From Nitrospirales bacterium (GTDB taxonomy: Bacteria > Nitrospirota > Nitrospiria > Nitrospirales > UBA8639), in the NCBI GenBank assembly GCA_963555755.3, contig OY820905.2, positions 2,464,001 through 2,528,000 on the forward strand: DNA of 64,000 nt, given 5' to 3'. The notes under the pieces are model-generated. The model was given only the letters and a program-made list of their open reading frames with translations, was not told where the DNA came from and searched no databases. Made by a program: the position numbers and the translations under genes. Within the stretch, counting starts at the first letter, position 1; each line of letters begins with the position of its first letter. Positions 57,030 through 64,000 of this stretch are shown here, piece after piece.

Positions 57030-58801
57030 GGATCAATCGCACTTTTGGTGGAGTGGGGGTAAACGGTGAGGGGAAGAAAGGAGGGAGCATGACCGGATGG
57101 ACACCACCGATGAACGTCAGATGCTGGCCTTCTTCTTACCCGAAGGCCCCTTGGAGTATTTCGAGCTGAGTCGAGGCACGAAGACGGCCCACGCGATCCA
57201 CTTGGTACTGGAAGAGAAGAATCACCCTCCGCTGGCGGATGCGCAGCCAGGCCCACGCGTCTGGTCCAAAGGATTCCAGGACAGCACCATCACCGATTGT
57301 CCCGCCAGGGGCCGACCCGGTTCCCTCACGTTTCGCCGCCGGCGCTGGCAGGTGGAGGGCGAGCCCTCGCTTCTGACGCGCGCCATGGCTCTTCCGGCCC
57401 CCGGGACACAACTGGCGACGGAATGTGCGGCTTTTGTAAAAGCACGCGGCTGCCCACAAGCCGCGGGCCTGGGCCACGATTGCCGAGGCTCATTTCCTGG
57501 ATGCCACGGGGGTTGTGCGGCACTACCGCGAGCCTCGCAGCGACGTCCCCACGTGGGAGGCGCGCACGCATGCCGCCGCATGGCTCGTGTTTCCGGAGAA
57601 CGTGGGGAGGCACGTGCGCCTTGCTGCAGTGGCAAGCAGCCAAGGCGAGCGCGACACCGTCCTCACGAACAACGCGCGCCACGGCAAGCACGGCGCGCTG
57701 GTTGCCATCGTCAAGGGCCCCAAGACCGAGGTCGTCAGCGAGGGCTTGCGCCGGATCCCTGAATCCATACGAGAGACGGGCCAGCCCGTCACCCGCGATC
57801 TCGACGCGAGTATGGCACAGCTTGCAACGGTCTGCTTCCCGAATGCGCAGCAGAGCGAGGACCGCGTCCAGGTCCAGCAACGCGTTTCTGAAGCGTTCCA
57901 GGAAGTCCGTGTGGCCTTGCGCAAGGAGGCGATCACGGACGACAACGCCCAGGTCAAAGCGGCTCGGGAACGTGGGAGCCACTCCCAGGCCCCCCGCTAC
58001 GAGAATGGGGATACCCACAAGGCGGTACTGGCAAGCAGTCGCGACCTGTTGTTCAAGGCGAGGAGCACATGGACCGTCTCACAGCAGGAACGGGGCGCCA
58101 TGCTCTTCTGCGAGTATCCCGTGCGACAGAAAGCCTACAACCGCTCCATGATGTTCCGGGGAATCTACGAATACTGTGAGACGCAAGGCCATGCCCACGA
58201 GAAGTTGCAGGAGTGGGACAACAAACTAGGGAGCATACAGAATCTATGGTTCTATCCTACCGCCATCCAATTCTGGCCCCATGGAGTTTCTTGGCCATGG
58301 CGTTGCTTCCTGTGAGCGTTCTTGCTTGTGTCGCTGCACGATCTTCTCGTGCCCTCTTCCCACGGACCAAGGGGCTATGACGCCAGGAAGAGGCAGCATG
58401 AGATGCGGCAGCGACCTAAAAATACAAGACGACGCCATTCGCTCAAAAGGAGAGGCGACATAACCCACGAGGAGTGCCATAACTTTATGTGCACCTGATC
58501 GTATTGTGCTGCCAGAACCCTAAATTCTGCATGATCCCAAACTAGACACCTCCATTGAGATCCTGCCGGCCTGCGAGACGCCGATGCAGAGGATCAAACT
58601 CCATGAGACAACCATCTTGCACTCCTTTGATAGCCGGCGGACCACTGCCAGCGCTGAATCGTGTCATGCAAAGAGTAAGAATTTCCGTGCGCTGCAGCGA
58701 GGTGTCCGAGGGGTGCCCTTTTTCCTCTACCGCCTCGCGAAGATCTACGGCTAAGAACATGAAGGATGGTACCCTGGCTCCACCAAAATTGCGATTGATC
58801 C
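57030..58801 (+). mobile_element. Degenerate ISL3-family (ISAon1-like) insertion sequence, interrupted by a MITE
   Basis: 24-bp TIRs GGATCAATCGCA(C/A)TTTTGGTGGAG at both ends; decayed transposase motifs LEEKN, RRRRW, WLVFPEN, ENGDT, TASAES..AK.K.FR..RGV. Confidence 0.88.
58230..58537. mobile_element. ~308-bp MITE with IS256-like ends, inserted in the ISL3 transposase
   Basis: 24-bp imperfect TIR GGA(G/T)CAT(A/G)CAGAAT..; 8-bp target duplication CAAACTAG (58222-58229, 58538-58545); excision restores the reading frame. Confidence 0.85.
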
Positions 58802-59151
58802 GCTTAACACCTTGAGCAGATCATTGCGAAACGTTTTACCATACTTGGGTGGTCGACCCGAGCGGGGCTGATCCTGAAGGCCGGCTAGCCCATTCTCGAC
58901 ATAGCGTTATCGCCAATCAATGACTTTGTTGGGGTACGTGGTGAGTTCCTGAGCGATCTGTTTGACCGGTTTTCCCGCTTCGCTCTCCAAAATCATTTTC
59001 GCTCGGGCCACCGTTTGCTTGGGCAATGTTCGGCTCTTTGTCCGGTTTCGTAACGTTCTCTTGTCCTCTGGGGGGATCTCTATGGGGGGGGGCAGTTCTC
59101 GGCATAAGGCCAAAATTACATAATATAGTTTAACTTAGCAATTAAACACTA
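58802..59151 (-). pseudogene. IS630-family transposase 5' remnant
   Basis: RAKMIL...IAQEL...VIDWR*RYVENGLAGLQDQPRSGRP with an internal stop; truncated at the ISL3 right end; element end TAGTGTTTAATT. Confidence 0.8.
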
Positions 59152-59657
59152 GGACATAATCGGACACGGGCCCGAGGCAAAGTCTGACCATATTTTCAGG
59201 ATTCCGCTGATTTAAATAGAAAACCAATTTCAATATACTTCATTTCAATTTTCGGGGCGCCCGTGGTCGACGCAGAAGACAACCTGGGTGGGGTCGTAGC
59301 CAGGCGGGCTATTCTCCCAGACTATTTACCTGCGAACAGACCACGCAAGGTTTTCTAAGGGGAAACGGTCTCCCTGGTACGATCCACTTGTGGAAAAAAA
59401 TCAGAAAGGCGGACGAACTAAGGCAACTCTCCGTCTCCAAGTGAAGAGCATGATTGTGTAAGGTTCCCGAACCCCTCTGCCGCGCCTTTTTTATTGCTAT
59501 GGGGAACCCATGGTTACCGGGGTGCTGGGACTCTCAGGTGACACACCAGAGTCACTGAGAGGACGGCAGACGAAGCAGTAAAACAGCAGAAGCCGTGGGT
59601 TATGTGGTGAGGGGCAAGACGGCTTCATACAATTACATCTCTCAAAGGAGGATCATA

Positions 59658-60188
59658 ATGGGAACAGTCAAACAAATACTGATCGGGCTAGTCAGTGTGG
59701 CATTCCTGATTGGCGTGGTGCCGATGGGCACGCCGTTGGGGAGCGTGGCGCAGGCGGCCCCAGGGAACCAAGCCAAGCAATTCGTGGTGTTGGGGACGGG
59801 CGAGGTGTTGGATCTGACCACCGGCTTGCGGTGGCAGCCAGCTCCTGGAACCACTGAGACAGGAGGTGGGTCTTTCTGTAACGGACCTAGGCAGTGCGGC
59901 CCGTGGCAACAGAACGTGGACTATTGTGCCGCCCTTGGGGATGGCTATCGGCTGCCGGAGTTGAAGGAGCTGATCAGCCTGTTGGATTACGGCGTGGCTT
60001 CCCCTGGCCCTACCCTCCCTGCTGACCATCCGTTTATTGAAGTCCAGTCGACCTTCTATTGGTCGGCGACGACGAGTGCCGATAATCCCGCGAACGCGTG
60101 GGGCGTGAGCTTCAGCAATGGCGACGTGGGCATCGGCAATAAGCTGAGCAACGACTGGTTTGCCTGGTGTGCGCGCAGTCGCTCGTGA
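59658..60188 (+). CDS. Secreted DUF1566 (Lcl/CLec-like) domain protein
   Basis: Signal peptide; VLDLTTGLRWQ, YRLPELKELISL, YWSAT, NAWGVSF, WCAR; AGGAGG RBS before ATG 59658. Confidence 0.88.
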   Translation: MGTVKQILIGLVSVAFLIGVVPMGTPLGSVAQAAPGNQAKQFVVLGTGEVLDLTTGLRWQPAPGTTETGGGSFCNGPRQCGPWQQNVDYCAALGDGYRLPELKELISLLDYGVASPGPTLPADHPFIEVQSTFYWSATTSADNPANAWGVSFSNGDVGIGNKLSNDWFAWCARSRS

Positions 60189-60323
60189 TGGGGTTTGAGG
60201 ATTTGGTCATTTGAGTTATTTGGTGATTTCGGGGGTGCAGGGGGCGGGAGCCCCTTGCTCGCCCCTGATGTGGGGTAGCGGTGAATTGCACACTCACTGT
60301 TACCTGACCAAAGGAGGCCCAAC

Positions 60324-60402
60324 GTGACCGCATCTTGCAGTATGTTCAGTCAGATTCTCAAGCTCATTCCGCGGGTAGAATTCCAACGCTTCGTCAAGCA
60401 GA
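60324..60402 (+). pseudogene. IS4-family transposase N-terminal fragment (DUF4372-like)
   Basis: GGAGG RBS then VTASCSMFSQILKLIPRVEFQRFVKQ. Confidence 0.55.
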
Positions 60403-60499
60403 GGTATTGTTGTGGCCTTGTCCAACTCCCATGCGCGGCGTAATTATGAATTCGAGACCCATAGCCAAATCTTGCTTAACTTGACAATGCCCCCTCCGA

Positions 60500-61087
60500 T
60501 CATTTCAGAGGGAATTGAATAATGATGCCCCCCATGACATCGTTGAGCTTGTAGTCCTTCCTCGGACTGAGCAGGTGTTCATTGTGACAGGTTGCGCAGG
60601 CTTGAGTGACCGCTCTATCCGCATAGATCGCTTTGAAGTGGGGACCTTTTGCTCTTCTGATCGTGGTCGTATGTACTGTACTCGGATCATCCGCCACAGC
60701 CTGTAATCCTGTTCGTTCGAAGTCCGTGGCCGGCCCATTGGTCTCATCAATAGGCCACAGGCTCGCTAGCCGGTACTTCAGGCGGGATCCCCTCCTTTCC
60801 ACCTCAAGCCCTGCAAACTGCAGCAGTTGAGCTGGAAGAGGAAGCTGGTTCTTCTGGGCCCAGTCTTCTGACGCATAGGCTTTCTGATGAAGCTGCATCC
60901 TTTCAACCACGAGGGAGGCATACAGGGTCCGGTCCGCTTCAATGATCGCATGGATATAGTCTGCAACTAACTTTGGCGCAACACAGGCCTCGCCGCCCGC
61001 TTCTTTCGCTCCCGACGAACAGCCCACATACGCGACCAACGCGAACCCAGCAAGAAGAGTTCCCCGCAAGAAACCTGTTTTGATCAT
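60500..61087 (-). CDS. c-type heme lipoprotein (DUF3365/Tll0287-like)
   Basis: YVGC lipobox-like, LPLPAQ, CATCH heme motif, DVMGG; AAGGAGG RBS. Confidence 0.85.
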   Translation of the reverse strand: MIKTGFLRGTLLAGFALVAYVGCSSGAKEAGGEACVAPKLVADYIHAIIEADRTLYASLVVERMQLHQKAYASEDWAQKNQLPLPAQLLQFAGLEVERRGSRLKYRLASLWPIDETNGPATDFERTGLQAVADDPSTVHTTTIRRAKGPHFKAIYADRAVTQACATCHNEHLLSPRKDYKLNDVMGGIIIQFPLK

Positions 61088-61212
61088 GACAACACCTCCT
61101 TTGTGCATTCCCTTAGAAAGATTCCCTAAAGAACGACAGATATTCAAAGGCCGTAGCACTGAATCTCACGGTCGGCGTAGGCAGTTCGTCTCACCTTTTG
61201 TTAAAAACAAGA

Positions 61213-61245
61213 AAGCCCTCAGGGCGTATAGCACCCTGAGGGCTT
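61213..61245 (-). terminator. Intrinsic terminator downstream of the Sel1 gene
   Basis: 12-bp stem AAGCCCTCAGGG/CCCTGAGGGCTT followed by a T-rich tract on the minus strand. Confidence 0.75.
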
Positions 61246-61478
61246 CATAGTGAATTTCGACAATGAGGACTTAATCCAAAGAAAAGTTACCCCATGGGAG
61301 TATCCTTATAGTATTAAACAAAATTTTGCTCCTCTTTGAAAGGAAAGTAAAGCCTATTGTTTTTAAAAAAGCCTGGAACGAAACCCTTTCAGACCCTGTC
61401 CCTTCTATAAATTCGTCCCCATTGAAAAACTTGATTTTTTAGATACCGCAAGGCTGGATGAGTTTTTTGACCATACGA

Positions 61479-62627
61479 CTATTCTCGCCATCCTTCTGCG
61501 CGCTGTTCAGCTTCGGCAATTTGAGTCATGTCCATTCTGGTGGCTAGATGATCTCTTGCCCTTGTTGCCTCTCCATCGCTCTGGTCCGCTGAAAGGGTGA
61601 ACCACTTATACGCCTCCACGTCATCTTGGTTCAGGCCTAATCCATCTCGATACATCTTTCCCAAAAGATATTGTCCCTCTGCATGACCTTGTTCGGCGGC
61701 TTGGCGAATCCAATGCTCGGCTTCTTGATAATCTTGTTGAACTCCCTTTCCTTCGAAATACAGCACGCCTAAATGGTACTGGGCTTTCTCCATTCCTTGT
61801 TCTGCGGCTAAGTGATACCATTTCACGGCTTCTCGCTCATCTTTCGTCAGGCCCGTTCCATTGGCATACAACCACCCCAAGCTGTACTGAGCTTCCCGGT
61901 GTCCCTGTTCGGCAGCCTTCCGAAACCACTGTGCAGCTTTTTGATCGTCTTGTGTGGTTTCATCGGTTCTCTGATACAGCCAGCCTAACGCGTACTGAGC
62001 GATGACATGGCCCTGCTCTGCTGCACGTTCCCACCAGGGTATGGCATCCTCCAGGTTTGTCGCGACTCCTTGACCATTGGCATAACTCCACCCCAGGCTG
62101 TATTGTGCTTCAGCAAGTCCTTGGTTCGCGGCTTTTCGAAACCACTTCACGGCTTGTTGAGGATCTTGCGTGACACCGTGGCCATTCACATGAAGCCAAC
62201 CGAGACTATACTGCGCGTGCAAGTATTCCTGGTCTGCCGCCTGATGAAACCACTTGGCCGCTTGCTGATAATCTTGGCTGACTCCTTCGCCTCGTTCGTA
62301 CATCACACCCAAGTTAAATTGCGCTTCAATTTCTCCCTGCTCAGCTGCCATGTGATACCATTTCCCCGCTTCGTGATTATTCTGTGGAGTCCCTTCCCCC
62401 TTGCGATACATGTCCCCGAGAAAGGATTGCGCCGCAGCATTTCCTTGTTCTGCCTCTACATGAAATTCATGCAAGGCGGTTTCATGGTCTCCGAATGCAT
62501 AGGCTCGAATCCCAGTCTCTAAGTCCGCGATTGCCTCAGACATTGGTCTCAGGAAAAGGATGATCATCCAAATCACGAACATGGAAATTGGGAAAGACCG
62601 AGAGCCCTTCCTGCAAAACATTTTCAT
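61479..62627 (-). CDS. Secreted Sel1-repeat protein
   Basis: About eight repeats of AQxxLGxxYxxGxGVxQDxxxAxxWxxxAAEQG. Confidence 0.93.
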   Translation of the reverse strand: MKMFCRKGSRSFPISMFVIWMIILFLRPMSEAIADLETGIRAYAFGDHETALHEFHVEAEQGNAAAQSFLGDMYRKGEGTPQNNHEAGKWYHMAAEQGEIEAQFNLGVMYERGEGVSQDYQQAAKWFHQAADQEYLHAQYSLGWLHVNGHGVTQDPQQAVKWFRKAANQGLAEAQYSLGWSYANGQGVATNLEDAIPWWERAAEQGHVIAQYALGWLYQRTDETTQDDQKAAQWFRKAAEQGHREAQYSLGWLYANGTGLTKDEREAVKWYHLAAEQGMEKAQYHLGVLYFEGKGVQQDYQEAEHWIRQAAEQGHAEGQYLLGKMYRDGLGLNQDDVEAYKWFTLSADQSDGEATRARDHLATRMDMTQIAEAEQRAEGWRE

Positions 62628-62905
62628 ATGATTATTATGAAAGATTTCTTAGACAAACACCAAATTGACGCAAAGGTACACTCAAGATGTTGTCCCGTAT
62701 GGTAAAAAAACTCAAACGGGGAAAGTTTGACGAACCTTCTCATTGGGCCTCTGGGAAGGCTAGGGATTCGGCATGCACAGGCCCTCTTGCGTTCCAATCG
62801 CACTACGTTGACAATTGCTCTATGGGCAGACCAATCCCGAGCCTTATCGCAATAAGTTTTGGTTCAGGGTGAGGCGCTTGTCTTTTTTCGAGTGAAGGGA
62901 GGCGG

Positions 62906-63895
62906 GTGATGAAGGTTTTAGTTCTCGGAGCAACTGGGCAGTTGGGATCAAACCTGGTGCGGATGTTGTTGGCAAAGGGCGATCAGGTTCGCGCTCTCGT
63001 GCGTCCGACAAGTAAAACGCTGACTCTCGATGGCCTTGACATCGAACGAGTCACCGGAGACCTCAACAATCTCGATTCGCTGGTTCTCGCTTGTGAGCAC
63101 GCGCAGGTGGTGTATCAAACGGCCAGCTATTACCCTCCCGCGACGATCCCAGCCGAGGAGGCTAAAGCCCAGGCTCTCAAAGAAACCAATAATCTGCTCA
63201 ATGCCGTCCGGCAGACGGGCGTCGAGTGCCTGGTGTTTACCAGCACCTTAACGACCATTGGGTTCCCCACAGCTCCCGGCCAATTGGCTAACGAAGATTG
63301 TTTATTCAGCACACAATTTCCCAACAACCCATACTTGACCGCTAAAATGGCGATGGAGATCCGGGTACTAGAAGCCACGAGGGAAGGCATTCCCGCCGTT
63401 GTCGTCAACCCGACGGCCTTCTTCGGGCCCTACGACAGCAAACCGACGAGTGGGACTCAAATCTTGATGATTGCGAAACGACTGATGCCTGGCTACATCC
63501 AGGGGCCAGTCAACGTGATTGACGTGCGGGATGTGGCAGGCGCACTCATCAAAGCCGCAGAGCGTGGGCGCGTTGGGGAGCGGTACATCATCGGGAACTG
63601 GAATACCACACAGCAAGACTTGAACAAACTCATCGCCAAGGTGGCCGGGGTGATGGCCCCCATGATTCCCGTTCCGTTTCTCATCGCCCAACAGGGGTCG
63701 AAACTCGGGGAATGGGCCACCAAGACCATTTTACAAAAGCCTCCCTTCGTCCCAGCCTTTTTCGTGGAGATGCTCAAGCACATGCAGCAGTACGATTGCT
63801 CGAAGGGCCTGCGCGAATTGGGTTATCACCAAAGCTCTGTGGAAACGGCGATCCGGGATGCCCTGACGTGGTTTAAACAGAATGGGTATGTGTGA
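62906..63895 (+). CDS. NAD-dependent epimerase/dehydratase (HpnA-like SDR)
   Basis: GATGQLG, YLTAK, VNPTAFFGPYDSKPTSG, IDVRDVA. Confidence 0.88.
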   Translation: MMKVLVLGATGQLGSNLVRMLLAKGDQVRALVRPTSKTLTLDGLDIERVTGDLNNLDSLVLACEHAQVVYQTASYYPPATIPAEEAKAQALKETNNLLNAVRQTGVECLVFTSTLTTIGFPTAPGQLANEDCLFSTQFPNNPYLTAKMAMEIRVLEATREGIPAVVVNPTAFFGPYDSKPTSGTQILMIAKRLMPGYIQGPVNVIDVRDVAGALIKAAERGRVGERYIIGNWNTTQQDLNKLIAKVAGVMAPMIPVPFLIAQQGSKLGEWATKTILQKPPFVPAFFVEMLKHMQQYDCSKGLRELGYHQSSVETAIRDALTWFKQNGYV

Positions 63896-64000
63896 GGGGA
63901 GAGGCGCTTTTCCCTCGGGAAACATGATGTCCCAAAGTTCCAACCTGATCCCGCACTTTTCTGCCAGTGAGGCCCAGTCCCTCGCCGCGGATCTGTTTGG

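Noticed and set aside
57097..58480. Several long overlapping ORFs as novel proteins
   Set aside because: Alternative frames of a GC-shifted decayed transposase and a MITE
59340..59390. c-di-GMP-I riboswitch (ACGCAAGG..CTAAGGG); also GACGCAAAG at ~62667
   Set aside because: Lacks the GGCAAAC/GNRA P2 stem and P1 pairing
63924..64000. Possible gene start at the window end
   Set aside because: Too short to support a call

Overview
Bacterial chromosomal window, most consistent with a Nitrospirota (Nitrospirales-like) genome; this is inferred from gene content and repeat families, not from a database search. (1) 1-4.4 kb: phoB-phoR-pstS-pstC phosphate locus with 11-bp-period Pho-box-like repeats. 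(2) 4.7-16.2 kb: repeat-rich accessory region containing an orphan XRE antitoxin, a ~2.3-kb vapBC/HTH segment present twice around an AAA ATPase, and secreted-protein cassettes including a sigma54-type PEP-CTERM gene. (3) 16.4-19.1 kb: three-gene lipid/SDR island. (4) 20-49.6 kb: a ~30-kb amino-acid/acyl-CoA catabolic supercluster around an AT-rich divergent promoter. The leftward arm runs heme-oxygenase-like diiron enzyme, acyl-CoA ligase, BCKDH-type E1a/E1b/E2, thiolase (frameshifted), hbd, a B12 mutase with isobutyryl-CoA mutase signature residues, MBL hydrolase, B12-binding subunit, acyl-CoA dehydrogenase, carboxyltransferase, hydratase, HMG-CoA lyase, MeaB, LipA, IDO. The rightward arm runs half-size HPPD-like protein, hmgA, fahA, an atypical PRTase, and prpDBC. 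Many junctions carry inverted heptamer-repeat cassettes that often supply the stop codon. (5) 50-64 kb: vapBC flanked by a duplicated prpC 3' end, regulators, ogt, a second diiron enzyme, nested IS remnants (the ISL3 copy shows a strong apparent A:T->C:G mutation bias), a DUF1566 gene that looks like an orphan DGR target, a c-type heme protein, a Sel1 protein and an HpnA-like SDR. I recognised no rRNA, tRNA or CRISPR array.
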